The notes beneath the pieces were generated by a model. That model was not told the origin of the DNA. It saw nothing but the letters and a program-made list of their open reading frames with translations, and ran no database searches. Shown piece by piece: positions 16,150 through 24,000 of a DNA stretch of 24,000 nt. Within the stretch, counting starts at the first letter, position 1, and the number at the start of each line of letters is the position of its first letter. Origin of the DNA: Candidatus Limiplasma sp. (lineage in GTDB: Bacteria > Bacillota > Clostridia > Christensenellales > Aristaeellaceae); contig JAYFPK010000012.1 in the NCBI GenBank assembly GCA_034927815.1, forward strand, positions 20,227 through 44,226, written 5' to 3'. Both the position numbers and the translations under genes were made by a program.

Positions 16150-16745
16150 TAACTTCTTTTCCAGTTGGCAAACACCTTTGTGGATTCCAGCAGGAAATCA
16201 TAGGAGATCGTGATGGCTTCCTCCGTCACGGTCTTATCTTTTGCAAAAATCGGCCATGGGTTGCACCCCCGGGATTGCACCTCCACCTGGCTCGTTTTGA
16301 AACGGTTCCCGCAGTTCTGGCAGACCAGCAGATCGCCTTGCTGCTTGTAATAGCCTCTGCCGGAGTCATAGCATATTTCGCAGGTGTTGAAGGCTGTGCG
16401 GATGGTGCCGTCCGCCACTTTGACCGCCAAAACCTCCATGGGCGTCCCGTCCACCGTCAAAGGATAGAAGCTGGCGGTTTCGGAAATATCCGCCACTTGG
16501 ATCGTGAGGCTTTCCCCCTTTGTGATCTCCCGGGGGCCCTCCGTAGCGTTCACCGCCGGACTGCCGCCCATTGCCGGATTGCTGTTGAGTACCGCGCCGC
16601 TGCTGTCCGCAATGCCGCTTCCCAAAATGGTCCCGCCGCCGCCTTGCGCCAAGAGGATCGCGGTGATGGCCGCCGCCACGGTCAGCGCCACCGCCGGGAA
16701 CACCCATTTTTGCTTTTTCTTTTTTGTGCCGCCATACTTTGCCAT
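16146..16745 (-). CDS. DUF2318-type membrane-anchored Cys4 protein
   Basis: 199 aa with a basic N-terminus plus one TM helix (WVFPAVALTVAAAITAILLA) and a Gly/Ser-rich linker. The domain FYPLTVDG..RTAFNTCEICYDSGRGYYKQQGDLLVCQNCGNRF...GCNPWP has two CxxC pairs typical (from memory) of DUF2318. Confidence 0.8.
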   Translation of the reverse strand: MAKYGGTKKKKQKWVFPAVALTVAAAITAILLAQGGGGTILGSGIADSSGAVLNSNPAMGGSPAVNATEGPREITKGESLTIQVADISETASFYPLTVDGTPMEVLAVKVADGTIRTAFNTCEICYDSGRGYYKQQGDLLVCQNCGNRFKTSQVEVQSRGCNPWPIFAKDKTVTEEAITISYDFLLESTKVFANWKRSY

Positions 16746-16791
16746 GGTTTGTTTCCCCCTTGCCTCATTTGGTTCTTGCCCGTCCCTTCGT

Positions 16792-16807
16792 CATGCCGGC
16801 CGGCATG
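16792..16807. repeat. Perfect 16-bp palindrome CATGCCGGCCGGCATG upstream of the DUF2318 gene
   Basis: It is self-complementary over all 16 bp. It lies 47-62 nt upstream of the DUF2318 start codon (16745, minus strand), inside the 238-bp gap between the two minus-strand genes. Confidence 0.6.
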
Positions 16808-16983
16808 GGACAGGCGCGTGTTTTTCCTTGTGTCAGGGCCCCGGTTCTTGTTTCTGTCTCCCAGGAGGAGCGCCGCCGCCAGGCGTCGCAGCAATTCCTA
16901 TGAGCGCCGCGATCCCGGGAAAGCCCATTGAAGATGTCAGGGCTTTTCGCAAAAGGGCGATACCCCCTTGCCCTCTATGCCGC

Positions 16984-19038
16984 TTACTGGCAGCAGGAGC
17001 CGCCGCCCGCCCCTTGCTCGAAGGTGTTCGCAGGCCAGATCAGGGTTTCAAACGCGCCCGCTTCCGCTTTGATTGCCTCAATGTCCGCTGTTTCAACGTC
17101 GTCCACCACCTTCATGTATCCATAAAAGGCGTTATCACCGGTGGAGAAATCAAAATCCACGTCCGGGTAGAAGTACAGCGGGTTATTCCCGGCCAGCAAA
17201 TCAAGCTGGGCGGCGTATTCGGGAATCAGGACCTGGGCTGCGTCCAAGGTGTCAGCAGCTTGGTTGACAACGTTCCATTTGACCCCCAATCCCGCCTTCA
17301 CCACCACAACGGCGGGGCGAAAGCCCGTATCCGTCAATTCAACCGTTACCTCCTGAAAGGCGTCGCCATAGTCGTCCGTCTTTTCCTGGGCTATGGCCAC
17401 CTCTCCGGTGGGGATGGCGTAGCCTGCGGGAATGGGCGTAAGAACCCCGTCCCCTTGGAGGAAAGCCCCCACAATGCCCCCTCCGGCGGTGGAAGCATTC
17501 TCGCTGCCGGCAGCCCCGGGCGCTCCGTCCTCCGTCACGGCGATGGTTCCGTGAATCATGCCCATCCAGCAGCTATACCGGACGTTCCCAACTTTTGTGG
17601 GGGTGAATTCGATGACGTTTTCCCCGGTTTTGAAGGAATACTCAATCCCGTACTCCTGAATAAAGATCCGGTTGTTGCAGCCGTTGATGCTTCCCTTGGG
17701 CGCGTCGATGATCCACTTCACAGGAATCCCGGCCTGAACGGTGATGCTGGGATACCGGCTGGGAGACAGGGTGCTGTTGATGATCTGCTTCCCATCCGCC
17801 ATTGCGATGCCACTTTCGGCAGCGGAATTGCCCGTTGTTCCTCCCACAACATTCCCCCATTGGTTCCAAAACAACAGCGCCAACACCGTGACGCCCAAAG
17901 CGGCGGCGGTGGAAGCCGTTTTGTGGGAAGGCTTGCGAAAGGGAAGGCTGGACACCACGCCCACCGCGCAAAGAGCGAGAATGACCAGGAGCAGCAGGTC
18001 AGGGGGCAAAAATCCCGACAGGCTTCCGCCCTGGGAGAGCATCGCCAGCCCCAGCACGACCACCAGCACCGCGCCCACGCTCATCACCTTCCGGGTAAAC
18101 TTCTGGCCCAAGGCCGACACGATGGAGCCAAGGCCCAGCATGAGCGGCACCGTTCCCAGGCTGAACAGGAACATGGAAAGCGCCCCCGCCAGGGGGTTCC
18201 CCGAGGCCAGCGCCACGATCTGCATCGACTGCAAGGGCCCACAGGGCATCAGTCCGTTGAGAAGCCCCACAAACAACGGGCTTTTGCTTCTGGCCTTCTC
18301 CGCCCCAACCTTCCCGGCGAGAATCCTGGGCATCCTGGGGTTGAGCTTGCGCAGCCAGGGGAACAATCCCAGCATGTTGATTCCCATGATGACCATGAAC
18401 ACCCCGGCCACCAGCTTGAGGATTCCCTGCACCATGGCGGGCAAGCCCACCTCCGAGCCGCCGCCGAACAGCATCCCGGCAAAGCCCAGGATGAAACCGA
18501 TGACGGTGTAGGAAATCACCCGCCCAAGGTTGTACAAAAAAGCGGGCCTGAGGGCGGCGAAGCGGCCCGTCTTTTCGGCGGGAGCTTCCCCTTTGGGGAT
18601 GCACTGGGAGAGGTTGATGCCGCCGCACATCGCAATGCAATGCACGGAGGTAATCAGCCCGATGACGAAGAGCATCCCATAGCCCATTTTGGTGTCGGCC
18701 AGCTGGCTGGGCACCAGCAGGTTCAAAACCCCGAAATGCTGCAAAAGCATATACAGCGAAACGATGATTGCCAAAACCCCGAGTACGCGGCCAAGGTTGG
18801 ACGCCTGCCGCCCGTTCCCCTTCACAACCCGGTAATCCAAGCTTTCAATGGCTTCAACGATGTTTTGCGGCGAAATGGTATGGGCGTCATAAGCCACCAC
18901 GGCGGTTCCCGTGCTGTAGCTCACCGCCGCGCTCTTCACACCGGCGGTATTGCGGAGCTTTCGCTCAATCCTTTTCTGACAGCTTACGCAGGTCATCCCC
19001 TCGATGCGCAGCTCCTTGGTCATTACGCCAGATTCCAT
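16984..19038 (-). CDS. Fusion protein: HMA domain + ~9-TM DsbD_2/TauE-SafE-like core + two cupredoxin-like extracytoplasmic domains, C-terminal CCQ
   Basis: The start is taken at the ATG at 19038, since AGGAGG lies ~10 nt upstream. The track's longer 19251 start has no RBS and a junk-like N-terminus. HMA motif: LRIEGMTCVSCQKRIE. TM motifs: SVHCIAMCGG and NGLMPCGPLQ. The first beta-rich domain carries GCNNRIF...YSCWMGMIHG. A second related domain follows, and the protein ends GGGSCCQ. Confidence 0.85.
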   Translation of the reverse strand: MESGVMTKELRIEGMTCVSCQKRIERKLRNTAGVKSAAVSYSTGTAVVAYDAHTISPQNIVEAIESLDYRVVKGNGRQASNLGRVLGVLAIIVSLYMLLQHFGVLNLLVPSQLADTKMGYGMLFVIGLITSVHCIAMCGGINLSQCIPKGEAPAEKTGRFAALRPAFLYNLGRVISYTVIGFILGFAGMLFGGGSEVGLPAMVQGILKLVAGVFMVIMGINMLGLFPWLRKLNPRMPRILAGKVGAEKARSKSPLFVGLLNGLMPCGPLQSMQIVALASGNPLAGALSMFLFSLGTVPLMLGLGSIVSALGQKFTRKVMSVGAVLVVVLGLAMLSQGGSLSGFLPPDLLLLVILALCAVGVVSSLPFRKPSHKTASTAAALGVTVLALLFWNQWGNVVGGTTGNSAAESGIAMADGKQIINSTLSPSRYPSITVQAGIPVKWIIDAPKGSINGCNNRIFIQEYGIEYSFKTGENVIEFTPTKVGNVRYSCWMGMIHGTIAVTEDGAPGAAGSENASTAGGGIVGAFLQGDGVLTPIPAGYAIPTGEVAIAQEKTDDYGDAFQEVTVELTDTGFRPAVVVVKAGLGVKWNVVNQAADTLDAAQVLIPEYAAQLDLLAGNNPLYFYPDVDFDFSTGDNAFYGYMKVVDDVETADIEAIKAEAGAFETLIWPANTFEQGAGGGSCCQ

Positions 19039-19294
19039 AGGGCGGCGTCCTCCTTTCGTTTTCTGCAGCCCAGTGTAGCGGAGCGATGTGTAGAAATTAT
19101 GCGGATCAGAAAATTTCCGCGGTATTTTTCCGGGGAAGCATCCTGTTCTTTCCAATATTTCATTGTACCTCCCCATGCCGCCCGCCAAGTGATGGGTAAA
19201 AACAATGGCAAGCCGGAGGGGGAGAAGCGTTGCGCCGCCATGGATTCGCACCAGGCAAGCATCCGGGGATGGGCCGGACCGCGGGGCTCAGACG

Positions 19295-19329
19295 AAGGCG
19301 GCCCCCCGGCTTCGCCGGGGGGCCGCCTT
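19295..19329. terminator. Very stable GC hairpin (16-bp stem, 3-nt loop)
   Basis: AAGGCGGCCCCCCGGC-ttc-GCCGGGGGGCCGCCTT. It lies ~210 nt downstream of the minus-strand gene ending at 19542 and ~260 nt upstream of the HMA-fusion start. There is no U-tract. Confidence 0.35.
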
Positions 19330-19541
19330 ACGCCTTCCAGGTGCATAGACTGGCCGCGTCTACATGCTACTGGAGCCATTGCCCCTGCTTTGGAGGCCCT
19401 GCCGCCGGGAGGCGGGCATAGGCAAGGCCGCCGTACTTCGTTGCCGGAGTTCACAGCCCTCTAGCTGCCGCCAGCTTACCCGGCGGGTTATCAGGCTCCA
19501 GGGCGCAGTCAAAACTTACCAAAAAGCTTGCGGCATCCTTC

Positions 19542-20465
19542 TTAATCGCCCCGGTCGCCTCTGACCACAGCCTCCGGGACGCCCTCATAGAACAAAGCCA
19601 GCCATTTCCGTTCGCTTTCCCGATAGTCCGCTTCATCGGCAAAGGGCGTGCGCACCTCATCCATCAAAACCGTTTCCGTACCCGTGGAATCATAGCTGGT
19701 CACCTGGATGCGGATGTTTTCCCAGTTGCTCTGCTCGTCATACAGCACCGACGCCCGCCGGTACAGCATAGGCCGGCCATCCCCGCCGATGCGGTACAGC
19801 TCGCGGATGCCGGTGATGGCGCTGTCATGAATATAATTGCTGATGAACCCCTGCTCCGGGTAAAGCATATAGGAGGACAGGCCGTCCAGCACCGGCTCGT
19901 AGTGATACTGCCCGTCGGCAGGGCTATACAGGAAATGGGTGCCGAACACATTGGACGCTCCTTGTGAGCGCAGCGCCGTCAAATCAGGATAGCCGTCAAA
20001 ATTCAAGTCCTGTATTGTGACCAGGGGCACCAGGCCTTCCCGGTATTCCACGGAGGGAAAGAGCAAATCCTCAAAGACGTGATCCGGGCGGTCCTTGTCC
20101 GTGATGTGGATCCGGTACACCTGGTCGTCTTCCCACTGCGGCACCTTCAGGGAAGTCAAATACACGTCCACCTGAAGATTGGGCATGTTCCCGCTGCCTC
20201 CGCTGACGGAAAAGACAGGGGTTGCTCCTTGGGCGCAGTAAGGGCAAGGCCCTTTCATTTGTTTCCGCGCATCGTCCGGCAAGGGCTGGAGCGGCAGATA
20301 CTTGGCGTGTACCCCGGCGCAGTTTGGATCGATATGGGCGTAGTTTCCGCCCTCCGGATTGTAATACCAACGGGGCGTATGGGGGTCCGGCGCGCTTTGC
20401 CCAAGCGCGGGCCAGCATGCCCAACAGAGCACGCACGCAAGAAAAACAGCTCCAAACCTTCTCAT
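19542..20465 (-). CDS. Secreted protein of unknown function
   Basis: ATG at 20465 has GGAGGA 7 nt upstream. Signal peptide: MRRFGAVFLACVLCWACWPALGQSAP. The N-terminal motif is WYYNPEGGNYAHIDPNCAGV...GPCPYCAQ, and a DLNFDGYPDL Ca-binding-like loop is present. The upstream 77 codons of the track ORF overlap the DUF503 gene and are Gly/Arg junk. Confidence 0.7.
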   Translation of the reverse strand: MRRFGAVFLACVLCWACWPALGQSAPDPHTPRWYYNPEGGNYAHIDPNCAGVHAKYLPLQPLPDDARKQMKGPCPYCAQGATPVFSVSGGSGNMPNLQVDVYLTSLKVPQWEDDQVYRIHITDKDRPDHVFEDLLFPSVEYREGLVPLVTIQDLNFDGYPDLTALRSQGASNVFGTHFLYSPADGQYHYEPVLDGLSSYMLYPEQGFISNYIHDSAITGIRELYRIGGDGRPMLYRRASVLYDEQSNWENIRIQVTSYDSTGTETVLMDEVRTPFADEADYRESERKWLALFYEGVPEAVVRGDRGD

Positions 20466-20488
20466 ATTGCATTCCTCCCCTGACCTTC

Positions 20489-20767
20489 TCACTGAAATCG
20501 CTCCACCTCCATCAACTGCGCCTCGGCGTTTTGCTCCAGATGGCGGATCACGGCATCCAGCATCTCCCGGGCATGATACCCCTTGCCCGAGACCACCGCC
20601 ACGCCGATGGTAAGCATCTCCCACACATCCTGGGTATCCACCTCCGCAATGGCGGCGTTGAATTTGCGCTTTGCTCCGTCGATGAGGCTGCGGCATACCT
20701 GGCGCTTTTCCTTTAACGAGCGGGCATCCGGTATGTGAAACCGCAGTTGCGCAGACAAAACCACCAT
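20489..20767 (-). CDS. DUF503 (YlxP-like) protein
   Basis: 92 aa. MVVLSAQLRFHIPDARSLKEKRQVCRSLIDGAKRKFNAAIAEVDTQDVWEMLTIGVAVVS matches the DUF503 pattern from memory (SLKEKR...FN.s.AEv..qD.w). GGAGG RBS. Confidence 0.8.
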   Translation of the reverse strand: MVVLSAQLRFHIPDARSLKEKRQVCRSLIDGAKRKFNAAIAEVDTQDVWEMLTIGVAVVSGKGYHAREMLDAVIRHLEQNAEAQLMEVERFQ

Positions 20768-20796
20768 GCGCCTTTTCCTCCCTCTCTCATTCTATT

Positions 20797-20826
20797 CCCG
20801 GCTGCTTCCCCAAAGAATCAGCCGGG
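20797..20826 (-). terminator. Hairpin downstream of the alpha-glucosidase gene
   Basis: CCCGGCTG-14 nt-CAGCCGGG is an 8-bp stem in the 95-bp gap between 20863 and 20767. The tail is weak. Confidence 0.3.
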
Positions 20827-20862
20827 CGGCCAAAGGTGCGCGCAAATCCGGCCATGGGCAGG

Positions 20863-22671
20863 TCATATCCGGTAAATCCGCCCCTCATAAGGCTTGAGCT
20901 CCGGGCCGCGGCCACCGCAGGTGGACAGCGCCAGCTCCCCTTTGGGAAGCTCCCGCCGCCTTTGGGGCCGGTCCGTGAGGTTGCAGAGGATGTGGAAGCG
21001 GGAGGCCCCGCTCTGCCGGAGATAATCAAAGGCGTCCTTGCGCCCGGGCTCCAGGAAGTCCACCTTGCCGCCCCGCAGGGCTTCCTCCCCCCGGCGCAGG
21101 GCAATCAGGCCCTGGGCAAAGCGCCACACCGATCCCTCCCGGGCTTTCTGCCTGTCTACCTCCCCCCAGTCCACCATGGCCCGGGCATGGTCCCGGGAAC
21201 CCGCCGCCACCCTGGCAAATGCCTCCTCCGGGAACATGGTTTGCTGTAATTCCCGCAGCTTGTTGATGCTTTCAATATCGTCCAGGTCCCGGGGCGAGGC
21301 AATGGGGATATTGCCCGCGCCGATCTCCGCGCCCTGGTACAAGAAGGGCGTGCCCGGCAAGGTGCATTGAAGGGTCAGCAGCAGTTTCGCCAGGCTTTCC
21401 CGGTGCTTTCCGGTGGGGTCAATCTTGGAAACCATCCGGGGATTGTCGTGGTTGTCAAAGAAGATGGCGTTTGGCCCCTGATACTGGGCGCTCCACAGCA
21501 TCAAGTGGCGCTTGAGGTGGAAGGGATCATAGCGGTAGATGTCAAAGCGGGCCTTCCCCGGCGTCTCCAGGATGTCAAAGTTGAAGATCATGTCCAACTC
21601 CCCCCGGCTGGGAGCGGTGAGGAGCTCCCCCATCTTCATGCCGATGCCCGGGGCCTCCCCTACGGAAAAAGCGCCGTGGGGCTGGAAGGCCTCCCGGTGA
21701 AGCTGGGAGAGGTACTCGTGCAGATGGGGGCCGTAGAAGTAGTGCTCCACGCCGGTGAAGCCCATGAGCTTTCCCACCAGAGGATCACCCTGGGGCAGGC
21801 CCGGCGCTTTGGAAATATAGTTGATCACATCCAGGCGGAACCCGTCCACGCCCTTGTCCAGCCAGCGGTTCACCATTTCGCAGATCCGGCTCCGCAGCCG
21901 GGGGTGATCCCAGTTCAGGTCCATCTGCTTGGGGGAGAACAGGTGCAGCCCCCACAGGCCCTGCTGCTCAAACCTCCTCCAGGCGCTCCCCGAGAAAAAG
22001 GAGGTCCAGTTGTTGGGCGGCTCCTCCCCCTCCCGGAAGAAATAGAAATCCCGCTCCGGGGCGTCTAGGTCCCCCAGGGCCGCCTGAAACCACGCGTGCT
22101 CATCCGAGGTGTGGTTCACCACCAAGTCCATAATCAGCCGCATGCCCCGGTCATGCACCGCGGCCAGCAGCGCGTCAAAGTCCTCCATGGTTCCGTACCG
22201 GGGGTCGATCTTCTCATAATCCCGGATGTCATAGCCGTTGTCGTCGTCCGGGGAATCGTAGATGGGAGACAGCCACAGGGCGTCCACCCCCAGGGCCTTG
22301 AGATCATCCAGCCGGGAAAGGATCCCCTTCAAATCGCCATCATGCTTGCTCCTTGGCCCGGGCTCCCCGTGGCAGAAGCTCCGGGGGTAGATCTGGTAGA
22401 ACACCGCGTCCCGCCACCAGGCCGGGGCCTTTTCCTCCCGCCCCAGCCGGGCCGTTTCCCGGTTCAGCAGCTCCAGGAGCATGGCGGTGAAGCCGTCCCC
22501 CAGCTTCTTGCCCGCCAAGCGCCGGATGGCGCTGAGCTTCATGCCCCCCAGCAGCGGCCCGGTGAGCCAGCCCTCGCTGATTCCCAGCTGCATGGCCACC
22601 TTCGCCAGCACGTCATGCCCCACCGGATGCTCATAAACCTCCCGCAAAGTGGAATGCAGCCCGTATTTCAT
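20863..22671 (-). CDS. GH13 alpha-glucosidase / oligo-1,6-glucosidase-like enzyme with ~80-aa N-terminal extension
   Basis: ATG at 22671 forms an ATGA overlap with the transporter stop. The GH13 conserved regions are WWRDAVFYQIYPRSF, DLVVNHTSDEH, GFRLDVINYI, VGEAPG and FFDNHDNPR. The N-terminal MKYGLHSTLREVYEHPVGHDVLAKV... precedes the usual start of the catalytic domain. Confidence 0.88.
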   Translation of the reverse strand: MKYGLHSTLREVYEHPVGHDVLAKVAMQLGISEGWLTGPLLGGMKLSAIRRLAGKKLGDGFTAMLLELLNRETARLGREEKAPAWWRDAVFYQIYPRSFCHGEPGPRSKHDGDLKGILSRLDDLKALGVDALWLSPIYDSPDDDNGYDIRDYEKIDPRYGTMEDFDALLAAVHDRGMRLIMDLVVNHTSDEHAWFQAALGDLDAPERDFYFFREGEEPPNNWTSFFSGSAWRRFEQQGLWGLHLFSPKQMDLNWDHPRLRSRICEMVNRWLDKGVDGFRLDVINYISKAPGLPQGDPLVGKLMGFTGVEHYFYGPHLHEYLSQLHREAFQPHGAFSVGEAPGIGMKMGELLTAPSRGELDMIFNFDILETPGKARFDIYRYDPFHLKRHLMLWSAQYQGPNAIFFDNHDNPRMVSKIDPTGKHRESLAKLLLTLQCTLPGTPFLYQGAEIGAGNIPIASPRDLDDIESINKLRELQQTMFPEEAFARVAAGSRDHARAMVDWGEVDRQKAREGSVWRFAQGLIALRRGEEALRGGKVDFLEPGRKDAFDYLRQSGASRFHILCNLTDRPQRRRELPKGELALSTCGGRGPELKPYEGRIYRI

Positions 22672-24000
22672 AACGCCGCCTCCCCGATTTCCCCCTTCTC
22701 CCGGAGCTTGCGGAGAATCTCCGCATGGGTCTTTTCGTCGATCCTGTACTTCCACCGGTAGATCAAATAGCTGATGCCAATCAGCGCCAGGGGCAGAATC
22801 ATCATAGCCAGCTTCATCATCAGCAGGCCCTGGGGCGTCACGTCCGCCTTGCCGGTGGCCTCCTTGATGCCCGAGAGAATGACCACCACGCTCACCACCG
22901 CGGAGCCCACGGCCCCGCCGATCTTGTTGATGAAGGGCTGGACCGAGAAGGTGATGGAATCGTTACGCCTGCCCAGCTTCAGGTGGCCGTAATCCACGGA
23001 GTCCGCCAGGAACATCAGCATCATGAGCTGGATAAAGGCCTGGCCCACAAACAGCGATACCCCGGCGATGCCGATGAAGAGCATCGTATCCGTGGGGGCA
23101 AAGAAGAAGACCACATAGCCTACCAGCACCAGCGCCATGGCAACGGTGTAGAGGGTCTTGCGCTTGGCGAACTTGCTAAGGAAGGGAAAGGCGACCAGCG
23201 CCGCGATCTGGGACACACCCAAAATCAAGGCGAAGATGGAGTACATGCCCTCGTCCCCGTAGGCGTATTTGAAAAAGTATTGCCCAAAGCTGGTGGTAAT
23301 GTTGTAGCCGATCATGAACAGCGCCAGGGAGATGGCCGTCACCACCAGCTGGTCATTGCGGAAGAGCACCGTCACCAGCTCCCGAAGCTTGGTGGGTTCC
23401 CGGCTTTGAGACAGCTTGGGGTCCTCCCGGACAAAAAACAGGGTGATGAGCTGCCCCACCCACATGATGGCAACCACCATGATGGCGAAAAGCTGGTAGC
23501 CTTTTTGGTGGGAACCCAGCATATCGCCAAAGGTCTGGGTAAGCCCGGTGATGGCCACCACCACGAAGAACAAGCCCACATTGGCGCAGATGCGGGCCAC
23601 GGAGCCGATGCGCTCCCGCTCCTTTTGCTCCAGGCTCAAGGTGGGCAGCATGGACCAGTAGGAAATATCGTTGGTGGTAAAGGCCATTCCCCACAGCAAA
23701 TAGAGAATGCCAAACTGCGCCACAAAACCGCTGCCCTGGAGGCCAAAATCCGTGAAGATCAAGATGGTGAAAATGCCGGAGGTAGCAGCCCCAAAGGCGA
23801 TCCAGGGCTTGAAGCGCCCCCACCGGGAGCGGGTATTATCCACGATCAGGCCCATAAAGGGATCATTCACCGCGTCAAAGACCCGCAGCCCCAGCATAAT
23901 GCCGGTGATCCACCACAGCGAGCCGGTATCCACCTGGATCACGTCGGTCAGGTAGAAAAGAATGAACATGCTGATGAGAGAGTACACCATGTCGCGGCCG
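22668..24000 (-). CDS. Glycoside-pentoside-hexuronide (GPH):cation symporter, MelB-like (N-terminus beyond the window edge)
   Basis: The frame stays open to the window end. FYLTDV...RVFDAVNDPFMGLIVDNTRSRWGRFKPW is the GPH-family signature. About 12 TM helices. It lies directly upstream of, and is coupled to, the alpha-glucosidase gene. Confidence 0.88.
   Translation of the reverse strand, partial: GRDMVYSLISMFILFYLTDVIQVDTGSLWWITGIMLGLRVFDAVNDPFMGLIVDNTRSRWGRFKPWIAFGAATSGIFTILIFTDFGLQGSGFVAQFGILYLLWGMAFTTNDISYWSMLPTLSLEQKERERIGSVARICANVGLFFVVVAITGLTQTFGDMLGSHQKGYQLFAIMVVAIMWVGQLITLFFVREDPKLSQSREPTKLRELVTVLFRNDQLVVTAISLALFMIGYNITTSFGQYFFKYAYGDEGMYSIFALILGVSQIAALVAFPFLSKFAKRKTLYTVAMALVLVGYVVFFFAPTDTMLFIGIAGVSLFVGQAFIQLMMLMFLADSVDYGHLKLGRRNDSITFSVQPFINKIGGAVGSAVVSVVVILSGIKEATGKADVTPQGLLMMKLAMMILPLALIGISYLIYRWKYRIDEKTHAEILRKLREKGEIGEAAL

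Noticed and set aside
16504-19464. 986-aa plus-strand ORF, the longest in the window
   Set aside because: It lies antisense to the DUF2318 and HMA-DsbD_2-cupredoxin genes. The sequence is dominated by Gly/Arg/His/Pro/Gln runs with no domains or RBS, so it is a shadow frame.
21038-22761. Plus-strand ORFs 21367-22068 and 22096-22761
   Set aside because: They lie antisense to the GH13 alpha-glucosidase gene and have a shadow-frame composition.
1-24000. CRISPR arrays, tRNA/rRNA genes, transposases, integrases, phage or defence-system genes
   Set aside because: None were recognised on either strand. The only repeats are the short palindromes and the 33-bp promoter duplication already listed.

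Overview
The window looks like a chromosomal segment from a high-GC Firmicute. GGAGG-type ribosome-binding sites, frequent ATGA start/stop overlaps and Clostridia-like protein families support this, and Oscillospiraceae/Ruminococcaceae-like is only an inference. Gene order is as follows. (1) 1-5457 (+) is a tightly coupled branched-chain amino-acid operon, leuA(partial)-cimA-leuC-leuD-leuB. (2) 5458-6353 is an unusually long non-coding gap. It holds two identical GNRA-loop palindromic hairpins bracketing a 109-bp AT-rich core, then about 590 bp of GC-rich DNA with no credible ORF. (3) 6354-9928 (+) is a visibly AT-richer five-gene block: a DUF5317-like membrane protein, a roughly 5-TM protein, AgrB, a 40-aa AgrD-type autoinducing-peptide precursor missing from the ORF track, and a 6-TM GGDEF + HD-GYP protein. 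No AgrC/AgrA-type kinase or regulator is present. This is the best candidate for an undescribed system: a peptide quorum signal wired directly to c-di-GMP turnover. (4) 10133-11593 (+) is gapN. (5) 11939-19038 is a thiophilic-metal cluster. It comprises copA-lipoprotein-copZ (-), a divergent Cys-rich HxlR-family regulator whose promoter/operator block is duplicated in front of copA, and (-) an HMA-DsbD_2/TauE-like-double-cupredoxin fusion ending in CCQ followed by a DUF2318 Cys4 protein. (6) 19542-20767 (-) encodes a DUF503 protein plus a secreted protein of unknown function. (7) 20863-24000 (-) encodes a GPH-family sugar symporter (partial) translationally coupled to a GH13 alpha-glucosidase with an extra N-terminal domain. 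No rRNA, tRNA, CRISPR array, transposase or integrase was recognised. The many long opposite-strand ORFs in the track are GC-rich shadow frames.
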